A stretch of 64,000 nt of DNA from Vicugna vicugna (taxonomy: Eukaryota). Every line of letters starts with the position of its first letter. Positions within the stretch are counted from its first letter, which is position 1. Below the pieces are notes generated by a model that saw only the letters and a program-made list of their open reading frames with translations, did not search any database and was not told where the DNA came from. The position numbers and the translations under genes are program-made. Below are positions 52,011 to 64,000 of this stretch, in pieces. Location: NCBI GenBank assembly GCA_013265495.1, contig MU058650.1, positions 833,394 to 897,393 on the forward strand. The letters run 5' to 3'.

Positions 52011-54783
52011 GTGAGGAAAGCTGCCTTAAAAGAGCTTGTGCTAAAGGCAATTTTTCAGAAGTAAAAGCAAGCAATCATTGCCTGAATTTCTACGATTGTT
52101 ATTCTGACAGCTAAAAATGACTAAAACTATGGTGTTGAACAAAGTCAAGGTATTTCAGAACAATGAATATTTTGAAACTCTTATTAGCAATTCTCTTTTG
52201 GGTACTAAGCAGTTCTCTATTATGGTTCTCTGAAATGAGTTACTTGCCTAGAGTTAAGTCTTAGGCAAAGGTCAAGCAGTACTTAACTGCTTTTGGCACC
52301 AATCTCAGATTTTTAGAAACAAGTAACCCGTATGTTAAAAATAATTAATTCTTTAAATACCTCTGAACATCTTATTTCCCCCGGCACTCAAATTATAACC
52401 TAGTTGGGAAAATATTAAATAAAACCATTTTTACAAATTTAAATAATAATAGTTCAACACAATATAAAAGACACCACAAGCCAGCAGGAGACAAGGCAGC
52501 CTTTAAGAGTTAAGGGAGAAATTATTTCAGGCTACTATAGTCAGAAAAAGCTTTATACATTATAAAGGAAATGAAAGTTGAGCTGTGTATTAAAAACAAA
52601 GTGAAAGGAAAGGAAAAGGAAATTTACTGCAGGAAGAGCTGACAAAAGTGTGGAGGCTACAAGGCACAGTAAACATTCAGATAAAAGGGAGCAAACAAGT
52701 TTAGCTGCAACATCACGAGCACAGAGGCTGAAGCCTGACTGCCTGGCTTCTGAGCTCGCCTCTGCCACTGAATGGTCTCATAGCTTTGTACGAATTACGT
52801 AACCTCTGTATGCTCCAATTTCCTTTACAAATGGGGACAAAACCATGAAGAAACTTCCACTGTCACAGTTTGAGTTAAGTGAGTTAATATATGTAAAGCT
52901 TTTAGAACCATGCCTGGCACAAAGGAGATGCTCCAAAGACAATTTAAAAAGGCGAGCTCACACAAATTCGTACACTACCGCATCCCACAGCCAGTCAAAT
53001 AACATAAATGAGTAAAGCAGGTGGGTCTGCTGAGAAACACTGCCATTAAGCACACAGGACGTCTTCATTTCAAAAAAACAAAGCACTGTCTTCCATTTTT
53101 CTTAAAGAACACGTTCCTGCTCATTCCAGCTTTTTCCCTCCATTTTAAAAACAGACATGAGTTTAAGAAATATTTAACTTCCATTTAACGCTGTTATAAG
53201 ATAAAAACGGTAGCACAAGCATAGTGATAAATGAGAACTGATACTCAGCCTTAGTTCAGGGGATCACAGAAAGCGGCAGGAACTCTAGAGAGACTGAAAA
53301 CGCAGACCTCATCTAATGGCCACTGACAATCAGCCGCCGCTGCCAAGAGATACTGAACGTTTCCAGAGCTTCTCAATTTTCAAACGAAGCTGAACATTCA
53401 GATTCCTGTGCAAAAGCTCCTGATTTTCATCTGTAATCAATTTTTAAGAACGCTACAATGTTGACCACCATTGCCCCAGCCAAACAGCCTGGGTGCTATT
53501 TTTGAACCACGTGCTGGCCTTTGGCCACCTTTGATTGAGGGCATGGTGGCTGGAATAGTAAACTTGAACTATATCTAATTAGAAGTGTTTGGAATTGGCC
53601 AAGTTAATCAGCCTTCTTTAACAGTGCTTTCTAGTGCTTTTTTTTAAGCAGAGAGAGCAAAATATCTTTTATCAAAGTTTATTTCTACAGTTTATATATG
53701 TTTTTTAAGTGCATTAAAAGTACTTTTTCAGTTTATTCTCCCTTCCACCCATATTCCGACGAACCCCTCAATAGTTGATACACCATTTGTTTGGTCAAGT
53801 CTCTCTCTGTTCCTGTCTCTGTGTGTCTTCACTCCCCCCACTTCTCTCTTTCTTCTTAATACACACACACTCACATTACAGGTAATGGGTATCAGTGGAA
53901 GCCTCTACAAATACTACTGAGGGTTCTTTTTCCCCTGAAAATACTGTAGACAATTTTGATTGTACAGAAGGATTTTAAAATAAATATTACCTGCAATTCA
54001 TTCTTTCAGAGATCCTAGTCTTAACATTTAACAAGAAAATAATGTGATCAAAATGATGTTTAGGAGAATCTATCTATACTACTATCCAGAATAAATTAAA
54101 ATAGTTTCATCACATAGGCCCACAGAAAGTAATTTTTTATTTTGTATTTGCTGTGCTACCATTATTCTTAAGTTTAAATGTTACCAACAGTAAAAATCCT
54201 TGAATCCCCCCAAAATATAAAATGTGAATATTAAAATTTCAGGAATACTTTAAACCATAAAATCATGTCACCATTTTCAATGACTGGAAGTGAAAATATT
54301 TTAAATGGCCATAAAAAAAAATCAGGCAAATTTAAGCCTCAGTGCACAAGATCAGGCCATCTGTTTTTATGGCTCATTTATAACAGGTTACAAATTCATT
54401 TACATGTTCACTTCCTTGAATTTTTATGAAAATGTGTCAGCTAAAATCTCCAAGCAGGGCAGTATTCCTAAGTGCAGAACTCAGCAGTATTTTAAGTGAC
54501 AGTATATGTAAATTGGAGCAGTGTGATGCTTCCTCCTCAAAGGCTAAGCATTTCTTCCTGCCACAGTGAATAACCCATTTCTTTCAGACTAGATTTAATC
54601 AATCAAACTCAAATTGAGCGACATTCTATTAAACAAATAGCCTTCTTTAAAGTGGAAATGTCATGAAAGAAAAAGAAGAGTTGAGAATTTATTCCAAATT
54701 AAAGGAAAAGGAAAGAGAACTGACAACTAATGCAGTGCAGGGTCAAGGGCCACATCCTAGATCAGAGGAGGGAAAACCTACCA

Positions 54784-55262
54784 TGAGGTACCGGCAGATT
54801 CTCTCCTTGACCAAACTTTAGTCAAACTCCTCTCTGCCCAGACAGTCCCCATCCATGGGCACGACCTAGAGCCCAATTTTAGCGAGAATCCTACTAAGTC
54901 AGTTTGGCCAGAATCCCCCACCCTCGATTTACAATCATTCTTGGTATCTGACCGAATTCCCTGCGGTCATCCTCCCCCCCGGGGGATGTCTAACCATCCC
55001 GCCTGCCTCCAGCAAGAGTCCTGCAGTACGTTCAGCCAGAAGTCCCCTCACCGCTGATGCTTCTTCCCAGTACTTTTCCATCTGCCCACGCTGCCCCACC
55101 TCCAACCCCAGGCTCCGAGCCTGTAAACTTCCATTTTCCCTTGTTGTATTTGAAATTGAGCCCAAAGCTATACTGAGGTCTCTTTTCCCCTATTGCAACA
55201 GTTCCTGAGTAAGATCCGTTTTTGCTTTTTAACGGCTGTCAGGATCTGGTTTTCCCTCGATG
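54784..55262. mobile_element. Solo LTR (MER34/MER39-like)
   Basis: Motifs 'ttgaccaaactttagtcaaactcctc', 'agaatcctactaagtcagttt' and 'ctattgcaaca..gagtaagatc' are typical of this ERV1 LTR group (from recall). Confidence 0.55.
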
Positions 55263-55377
55263 GTACTATAAAGTACAGCCAGCAGAATTTCAAGATGGAT
55301 TGTGTAAGAGTATGATGGGAGTATTCTATTAATGTTGAACTTCCTGAATTTGAAGATTGAACTACAGTTTCACAGAA

Positions 55378-55582
55378 GAGGGGCTGGCAAACATTTTCTG
55401 AAACACAGCCAGACAGCAAGCATTTTAGGCATAGAGGGCCCCACGTAGTCTCTGTCACATATTCTTTGTTGTTTTTGTTTTGTTCTTTACAATCCTTTAA
55501 AAATGTAAAACCATTTTTAGCTCAAGAGCTGTCCAAAAATAAGGGCTGAATTTGGCCCATGAGCCATAGTTTGCCAACCTCT
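55378..55582. mobile_element. MER58-like hAT-Charlie MITE
   Basis: Terminal inverted repeats aggggctggcaaac and gtttgccaacctct. Confidence 0.75.
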
Positions 55583-55793
55583 CATACAGACAACGTCCTT
55601 GCTCTTAAAAAATATGCAGTGAAGCATGTAAGGGTAAAGGGTCATGATGTCAAATTATTCAGCAAAAATAATGATAATATGTGAGAGAGAAATAAAACGC
55701 ATGGCAGCATGGTTCAGGCGGCTCAGGAAGAAAAGGATGAGAACTCTCACGAAGCACAAGGCATCCTGTCACCAAGGTCGCTTCGGTACATAC

Positions 55794-55900
55794 CCGTGGG
55801 TCCAAAGGTATCTGGATTCTCCTGTCATCACCAACAAGCTCCGACAAGGCAACATAACTGGCACCGTGACCCCATTTGGGTGCTTAAAATCCATGACAAT
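55794..55900 (-). CDS. ALKBH8: ALKBH8 coding exon (about exon 8), AlkB domain including the distal His of WTHG
   Basis: ccttaag|ATT GTC ATG GAT...TGG ACC CAC GG|gtatgt = [35 protein letters not shown](G). 107 nt, phase 0 to phase 2. Confidence 0.95.
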
Positions 55901-56037
55901 CTTAAGGTAAAGACAAAAACATAAAGATCAATCCAAAACATCATAAGCTCCAAGGGTAAGCATGATTCATTGATTCTGGCTGTCTTTCTAGGCTAACAGA
56001 GATTGAAACATGATAATGCTTATAGAATAGCATGGCA

Positions 56038-56210
56038 CAGGGGTTCTCAAACTTATGTGCAGGTGAGAATCAACTAATGACTGAAAAATACACCTAGCCC
56101 ACAGAGAGACTCAGCAGGTCTACAGCGAGGCTCAGGGGTCTGCACTTCTAACCATCACCCCAGGCAGTTAGGATGCAGGTGGGCTGAGGAGCAGCCCTTC
56201 CATGCAAAAC
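56038..56210. mobile_element. MER5-like hAT-Charlie remnant
   Basis: 'caggggttctcaaactt...gaatcaac...ctgcacttctaacca..cccagg..gatgcagg'. Confidence 0.55.
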
Positions 56211-57698
56211 ACCAGGGCAGCGATCAAATGCAAGGGCTCAGAAGCTGAAAGACTCATGTCCTGGCTTTCTCCTTGACCGGCCGTATGACCCAGGACAAGT
56301 CATTTAACAGCTCTGTGGGACTTTTAAATGTATTAAATATATAATGGATATAAATCACAGTATCTGGCACATAATAAATATTAAAAAAATCCTAGCTATT
56401 ATTATTCATAGGATATTGATAATTAATAATCCAGAGAGAAGGAACTATTAGGCATCCATTCTCACATAATCCATCTTGTGTCTTTAAAGTCATGCAACAT
56501 TTTGGATATTAGAGGCTGATTTACAAGAGATAATCGAAGAACACAGGAAGATTTTCAGCGATTGGAAATATGATCAAATATTATGAACAGCAACCTAAAA
56601 AGACACAACGCCCAAGAAAACACTTTTGTGCTCAGGAACCCAAACACCAATTAAATGACTTCGGTCTAACCACAGGAGCATGTTATGTTAGGACGAATGT
56701 GAATTTAAAAAAGGCAGGTCACAGGCCTAAAAAATATTTTAAGTGAACATATCAATCAATTTGAAAAATAAATATGACAATCGAGTATCAGTGGGATAAA
56801 TATAATTTAGCATTAGTACCTTCATTAAAGGTAAACCTAGCACAGTGCCTGGCATAAAATAAGCATTCAGTAACTATTACCTACTACTATTAATAACAAT
56901 ACTGGATCACATAAGATAATGCACATGAAAATCCTTTGTCAACCGTATAAAATGATACAGGTCTGACCTGGTTTTTCCTCTTTCTCATCTGCCCTTCCAA
57001 TCTAGTCTGGAAAATAAAGTAAGATGATAAAAATTTAATTTTCCAAACAATTATCTGTTCCAAATGATGTCACATGAACTCAGCGTCATACTCCAAAAGG
57101 ATTCTATTTTAAAACATTACCGATGAATTCTGATGTTTTGGGTATGAAATGTACTGATACCTGCAACTTCCCTGAAATGTATACATAAAAGAAGATGGAC
57201 TGACAGACAGATGAATAGGGTGAGTAGATGAACAGATATTTGATAAAGCAAATATATTAAAATGTTAACTGTAGACTGTAGGTGGTGGGTATCTAGGTGT
57301 TTACTGTGTAATACTATCAACTTTTCTGTATGAAAATTTCATAATCAAAAATGTTGGGGAAGGAAAAGAAAACCCCACTGTGACTCATTTTATAAGTCAA
57401 TACATATATGTTTCAATTTTCTGAATAGACACTAAGGTCCACACATAAGAAAGAATAATAGTATATTTATTAATTATTTTTTAGAGATGATCAGTTGTGG
57501 CTTAAAGGAATACAAATTGTCTGGGTGAAAACTTTTGATGAGAAAATATTCCAAGAGACTACACTGTAACTCATTCTTCAGACAAATATTTATTAATTAC
57601 TGTATGAGGCATCAACGATTCTAAAGGTAAATAAGAGACATATTCTCTGCCCAACCAGAAGTTACATGTTCTGGCTAATTAATATTCAACATGTTTTA

Positions 57699-57992
57699 CA
57701 GACTCACAGACACAGAATACAGACTTGTGGTTGCCAGGGGAGAGGCGGGTGGGAAGGGATAAACTGGGAGCTCAAGATTTGCAGATACTGACTGGTATAT
57801 ATAAAACAGATAAACAAGTTTATACTGCATAGCACAGGGAAATATATTCAAAATCTTGTAGTAGCTTATGGTGAAAAAGAATATGAAAAAGAATATATGT
57901 AACTTCATGTATGACTGAAGAATTGTGCTCTAAACTAGAAATTGACCCAACATTGTAAACTGACTATACCTCAATAAAAAAAAAAATTTTTT
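57699..57992 (+). mobile_element. L1 3'-terminal insertion with a perfect 20-bp TSD
   Basis: TSD ttaatattcaacatgtttta at 57679-57698 and 57993-58012. The body starts cagactcacagacacagaa. Confidence 0.9.
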
Positions 57993-58279
57993 TTAATATT
58001 CAACATGTTTTAAAAACACAAAATACATATATGTGAAATTAAAACGCTTCTATTAACAGAGAGTAATGATTTTAAAATAGGAAAATCTCAGTTTCACCAA
58101 ATGATTAGAATTGACAAGACAAACTCGAACATGATACTAATTAATGTAGAAATATTTGTGCTGAAATATATGTCAAGTTTCAAGGAAGAAAAATGTATTA
58201 CCAAATAATCCAAATGTTATGGGAGTTATGTTAGAAAATGCAGAGAATACTTATCCATTATTATTATTGATGACCATGA

Positions 58280-58813
58280 TTGACTTGCTGGAGAAGCCCA
58301 CAGAACTCAGGAAAAGTTTGCTTACTGTTCATCAGTTGATTATGAAGGATATGATACAGCACACAGATGAACATCAGATGGGAGAGATGCACAGGGCAAG
58401 GAAAGGAGTTCAGAGCATCCATGCCCCCTCTGGGAGTTCAGAGCATCCATGCCCCCTCTGGAAGCACCGCTCTCCCAGCTCCTCTACATGTTCACCAACT
58501 TGGAATCTATTGAGATTTTTATGGAGACTTCATCACACAGGCATGATTAATTACTGACTCCATTTCCAGCCCCTCTCCTCTCTCCGGAGAATGAGGGACA
58601 GGGCTGAAATCTCTAAGCTTCTAACCATTGCCTGGTCTTTCTGGTGGCTGGCCCCTATCCATCAAAAATCATCTCTCTAGAACAAAAGACACCACTATCA
58701 CCCAGGAAATTCCAAGTTTAGGAGACTTGTGTCTAGGAAATTACAAGGGTTTTAGGAGGTCTGTGCCAGGAACTGGAGGCAGAGATCCATATTTATTTTT
58801 TCTATTATCTCAC
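58280..58813 (-). mobile_element. MER21-like LTR with an internal 28-bp tandem duplication
   Basis: 'cacagaactcaggaaa...cagatgggagagatgcacagggcaagg' and 'aggaaattccaag...aggaaattacaagggttttagg'. ggagttcagagcatccatgccccctctg occurs twice at about 58405-58460. Confidence 0.65.
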
Positions 58814-60589
58814 AGGTCTATAAAGTGAGAGTATAGTTTTTTTGAATTTAAGGAAATAACTTTTATTTATAAAATTAAATGTATATTCTCTACGAAAATC
58901 AAATTTTCCTTAAAACATGTCATCATAATAATAAAGTATTATCAATATCATAGTATCTGTATCTTAAATGCAATGCTGGTTAAAGATCACAAAAAGAAAT
59001 TTTTTTTCCCAAACATTCACTAAGTATTCACAATCGATAATGCTTCCCTGAAACTGCTGAATCATTCTGCCCTGTGACAGCTTCGCTCCACAGCAGCTTT
59101 TTCCAATTATTCTTTTTGGTTTTACCTATTTTCTTTATTTTCTGAGATGGCAGAGTCAATAAAGATCAAGTTCCTAGCAAGCTCATGGGGCATGACTGAG
59201 GATAATGTTCAGTTCAAAGCAAACAAAAAAAAACTCTAGACATTCTGATCTTATAAAACCTTTAACACAATGAAAACATAATACAAAGAAAACCCTAGAC
59301 ACAGCTCACTCTGTCACTCAAGTAAAGATAAGACAGATAACAGAAAAGTACGTGAAACGTATCTCCTCCATGTCGGCTGAACAGGAAAATGAAAAAACAG
59401 AATGCTACTGGGAACATTTTTGAGAAAGAAGATAAACTTAATTCTGATCCTTATTGGTTAAAAATAGGCTGAGATCAACCTGTGGAAACCCTTAAGGGCT
59501 TATCGACAAGAGACAGTATGACATGAAGAATGATACGTGATTCACAGAGAATGATGAAAGCTGAGAGAAGAGAAGTGACTCTATTTAGCTGGAGAAAACA
59601 TTTCATACCTGAGAATTCAGCAGACTACACAGAAGTCCACCTGTTTCCCATAGCCTGCCAAATACACATCCTCTGTAGTTGCACTAACATTGTCACAGGA
59701 CCCAAATGAAGTCACACTTTGCTTTTTACCTTAAATAGCAAATAAGTGAATCCACAAACCTCATAAACATGTCTGCCAAGTCTGGACAAGTGGGAAAGGA
59801 CGGAAGGAAAAAGGGAGAGAGACATAGTAGCAGGGATACAAGATAGAAGTTACAAAAATGCAACATCAGAAACATCTATTAACACACGTTCCCTGGCCTT
59901 ACAAGTATAGAACCCCCCCCCATATTATGAGATGATTAGTCCACTGTGGCGAAGAAGAGGAACTTTGAACATTTTTAGTAAAAGAAAATATAGCTTTTCG
60001 TCTCTCTACAAAAGATGATATTCCCAGAAGTACACTTTGCTAAACTGAAAAGCAGCTGGAAGAGAAGCTTGCTGGCATATCAAATTTTCCAGAGCAGAGG
60101 AATTAATAGGAATTTTCCCTAGACACCTTGGAGACCAGCGGCTGACATCAGTGATCTTCAGATCTCCTACCTATACTGTGTAAGCCTGCTTAGTTTCTGT
60201 CCTTCAAGAAAAGTTAAAATCAAGGACCACAACAAATCTGTTTCCCTTCCTTGCCTCCTACTGGCAAGGTACATTTAAAAACAACAAAAACATCATCCAT
60301 TTGCTAAATTCCTTGAAAACTGGAATCTCAAGATGACCAAGTTTTATGAAACTCAAAAGAAGGAGCCACACTGTTGCTCAAATGGCAACAACAACACACC
60401 CTGGAATCAACACACAGGACATAAGACCTCCCACTTGAAAATGACTAAAGAAAGCAAGTTCTGCTCCCTTGTCCTGAAGTCAGAAGCAGTTTTCTAAAGT
60501 GCAGGCCTTAATGGCTTGGTCAAAGGTGGGGGGAAAAAAATCTCATCCATGAAGATGAGATGGTACCTTCTGGTATTTAAGAGTGATTC

Positions 60590-61107
60590 TGTAACAGAAA
60601 AGAACAAATCGGACTCCATATTAGATCTGTTTCTGGCTTTAACCTTCTGTGCTGTTTTCTAGGCTCAGTCTTGCTCCCTCTGCACCTTTTGTGATATAAT
60701 GTTGCCTTTAGCCTGAAATATACAGGAGGGCCTATTCTCAAGGCCCTGACCATTAAGGATATTAACACTTTTGCAACTTATATAAAGATGACAAGTTGTA
60801 GAATAGAAAATAACATTTGTTTTGTGAGAGGTTTTACAGGGGCACCATGACCTGACCCACCTGGACAGCTACAAGAACAAAGAATTCCTACACCAAGAAG
60901 TTTGCAAGAACCAACCACATCCCCTCCCCTTTTTAGTATAAAAGGAGCCTGAATTCTGACTTAAGATTGTTCTCCAAGATATTTAGTCTGCCATCTTCTC
61001 TATCTGCTGGCTTTCTGAATAAAGTTGCTATTCCTTGCCCCAACATCTCATCTCCCAACTTATTGGCCTGTCATGCGGTGAGCAGAAAGAGTTCGGACTC
61101 GGTAACA
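60590..61107 (+). mobile_element. Intact solo ERV1-type LTR (518 bp)
   Basis: tgtaaca...ggtaaca ends, 4-bp TSD attc (60586-60589 and 61108-61111), TATAAAA at about 60937, AATAAA at about 61018. Confidence 0.85.
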
Positions 61108-63105
61108 ATTCTGCAAGTAGTAAATACAGCAGCTAAATACCACTGGAGCCCAAAGGAACTTATTTCTCATTGCTTCTGAGAGTGAGTGTGAGAAGTTGAG
61201 CATCATTTGAGGTTTCATTTGAGGTTTCTGATGTGAAAACTTTCCTAGTTGATCGTGTACTGTGTACACATATAGGGGACACACCTGGGAACTTGTCTAC
61301 AGTACTGCACATGTGAAACAAGCAAAATGAGACCAGACTAAAAATTTAAAAGACAATATCACAAACAAATCATAACTACCACACATCAGTAAATTCCACC
61401 TTTCAAATATAACTCTGCCTAACAAAACTAGGTCTTAGCTGCTGAATTAATAGATTCTGCCTTCTCTTCCTCTTCACCTCCAAATACAGATGATTTCTGA
61501 ATGGTTTTATCTGGCTGAGCTCAAGCGGAATGTAAAATGAAAAGACAAGGCATCTTTTAGTTTAACGGTCTAAACACATTGCCAATGACATAGTAGAGAG
61601 CAAAATATACATTGCATAACAGAAAAATAAGCCTGAAAATGAAAACCTACTAAGTTGGAGGCACTTTGGCTATCACTGAATATTCAATCGCTGAAACAAC
61701 TATGAGAAAATATGATCGTGCTTATGTGTTTGCACTGAGACCACTTGCTATCAGCTCTCATTAATTACACCGCGGCTTCATCTGTTTGCAGGAACTGTGG
61801 CGTGAAATCCACCGCCATCCAAAAAGGGACTCCAAACAAGTCAGTCACAAACCGTTTCAATAAAATTAAATTTTATTCTGTATAAGATAAGCCTACAAAA
61901 GTAATGAAACAGCTTAGCTTAAAAAAATTGGGGGCTGATTTTATCCTTATTTACTTGTTAGATTCTGCCTAGTAGATTATATTCCACAAATATTTTGGGG
62001 TGAATAAATAAATAAATTCATCATAAATAACTTATTTGGAAAAAATAGGTGGTATATTTTACATTTTTGGAGAGACTTCCTAAACTCCATTCCTTCACTG
62101 CCAGCTCCCCAGGAGAGAGGGCATGCCTCAGCTGATTGGTTAGCCTGGAGTCAAACCTGCTTGGATGAGCCCTTTCCTGTCTCTTTTTCAGATCAAGCTG
62201 GTTTGCAGAATCTAATTTATGCTTCTTCATGTCCTCTGTTACAGGGGCAGCCTCTGCCTCTATGGGAGAAGTCTCCAGTTGTTCCAGGGTAAAGTATGTC
62301 TAATTTAGAGGTGAAGTATCAACAAGTCCACTTGGCTACAGATCCAAAGCCATGACCTTCCATGTTTCCTCAGTGTTGAGTTGACAGTCTGTTATCCATC
62401 TACCTTTCATCTCATTTCTCAGTTGATTACACAGGAGGAAAAGACAAAGATGTTCTTTACTGGCCCCCTAAAGCTACAAGTCAGGATAAGAGGTAAAATG
62501 AAAATGAAGAGCTCTTTCCCCTTCCTGTCCTCATTATTTTTTAAAGCACTTAATTATCCACACATGTGGTTGAGAAGATGGTTTTGTCTTATCAAACAAA
62601 TAGCATTAGTTTTGTAGTCACAGTATCAACATGATCACATAAGCTCAGCAAAAGTCAAAAAGCCAAAGTGCTGAAGTTAGTGATGGGAACTAACCAAATG
62701 CACAAAAAAGCAAACCAAAAAAACCTAGTAAATAGTCTTTGCGTCCAGGAACAAGATCAGATTTTCAAACAACCTCTTGTTAGATTAGATGACCTGATAT
62801 TTTAAAGATTCTTCAGATTTAAAATACTGCTTTCTATTTAAAATTCTACCTGCACACTGCATGGATTGCTTTAAATCATGCTTTCTGTAGCTTCTTTACC
62901 AGTTCACATAAAGTGCAACTATAGAAACAAGCCAATGAATAAACATGAACCTCTACTTCTTCATCTGTAAAAATACGGACATCACCCTCTACTGCTCAAA
63001 GATATTGAAGGGACTGAATCATACATGTGGAAAAGTTTATCAGAATTCCAGGCACATACATTTTAGTTTCGTTTCCTTTATTTATAGCCCGCAGCTGCTA
63101 TCTTT

Positions 63106-63120
63106 TGCCACTAGATGGCA
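63106..63120 (+). promoter_or_regulatory. Candidate CTCF-binding site
   Basis: TGCCACTAGATGGCA matches the CTCF core CCASYAGRKGGC and lies in non-repetitive intronic sequence. Confidence 0.55.
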
Positions 63121-63408
63121 ATGCTGCTGCAGTAAATTGTTGCACAAAAGGAAGTCTGGATATTAACGTCTAAAAGTGAAATGTGTAAAACATTAATTTA
63201 CAGGGCTTTTCCTGGCATCTGATGAACTGATAAAACTTTGGACACCTAAAAGAGACTAAAATGTTCACTTTCCTGTAAGAAATGAAAGTGCTAATGGTGC
63301 CTTTACATTTCATTTTAAACTCAATTCACTTTAATTAAGAAATGTGAGAAATCCTATTGTATAAGACATTTGTTGATGGCTAATAAAAATGACTATTTGA
63401 ATATTTAC

Positions 63409-63479
63409 CTCTGACCCCAAACTGAGAGAAATGATCTCATCCTCAAAAGCAGAATGCGTGTCAATATGAGCAGGAATTC
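63409..63479 (-). CDS. ALKBH8: ALKBH8 coding exon (about exon 7), AlkB domain with the HxD Fe(II)-binding motif
   Basis: Minus strand reads tctcag|GA ATT CCT GCT CAT ATT GAC...GGG TCA GAG|gtaaat, i.e. (G)[23 protein letters not shown]. 71 nt, AG/GT bounded, ends phase 0. Matches recalled mammalian ALKBH8. Upstream exons lie beyond the right edge. Confidence 0.95.
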
Positions 63480-64000
63480 CTGAGACAGAAGACAGGACAA
63501 CACTTAAGATGCAAATTCCTCAAGAGACTAAGTGTAGAATTACAAGGGATTAAAATCAACACAGGTAACAAACATAAGCAAAGTACTCCAGGAGTCAGTT
63601 CCAGCTAAAAAAATATCTTTGCTCTTAGAGATTTACATAATCCACTTAGTTATGAATTATAAGACTGGAATTTTAAAAGAAGAAACACTTACCCTGCCCA
63701 GGTTCATACTGGTTCACAGTCAGTTGATCAGGTTTATGTTCAATGAAACCCTCCTTCAGCCATTTCTCCAAAATGCTATCACAAAGGTCAGGAAGACCTG
63801 AAGTCAGTAATCGTACAGGTGAAACGTATTATTAAAATACTTACTTCACATGTTTCACCCAGAATTAAAAAAAAAAGTCACTGAGTTAAAAATCACCCAA
63901 CTTTTAATTTAGCAGTCAGATCCAAACATAACAGTAAACTCACCAGCAGAGCAGAATAAGAACAAAATCTTAACAGTCTTTTGAAGTTATTTTATTCATT

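Noticed and set aside
58219..58557. 112-aa ORF
   Set aside because: It runs through a MER21-like LTR and its tandem duplication.
1..64000. CRISPR array, operon or horizontally acquired prokaryotic system
   Set aside because: There are no regularly spaced repeats, long intronless ORFs or compositional islands. Mammalian exons, introns and interspersed repeats account for what I can recognise.

Overview
This is mammalian genomic DNA, most likely a camelid, judged from nine copies of a tRNA-Ala(AGC)-derived SINE resembling camelid Vic-1. Two spliced genes lie in tandem on the minus strand. The 3' half of ALKBH8 (tRNA wobble-uridine AlkB dioxygenase/methyltransferase) has six coding exons from 63479 down to the stop at 33240. 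About 7 kb downstream are the promoter and first five coding exons of CWF19L2 (25885 down to 11941); that gene continues beyond the left edge. All exon phases join into open frames, and one ALKBH8 intron uses a GC donor. The rest is mostly interspersed repeats: two long decayed L1s, short L1 3'-end copies, solo LTRs, Tigger/hAT elements, SINEs, MIRs and microsatellites. No prokaryote-type system or CRISPR array is present, and I cannot support a claim of a wholly new biological system. The most unusual items are an ORF1-only 'half-L1' with its own poly(A) and target-site duplication (TSD), an L1-retrocopied LTR tail near the ALKBH8 3' end, a palindromic GTCGTAAA motif cluster at the CWF19L2 promoter, and a degenerate tRNA-like cloverleaf. 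Gene names, exon numbers and repeat family names come from recall of known sequences, not from database searches.
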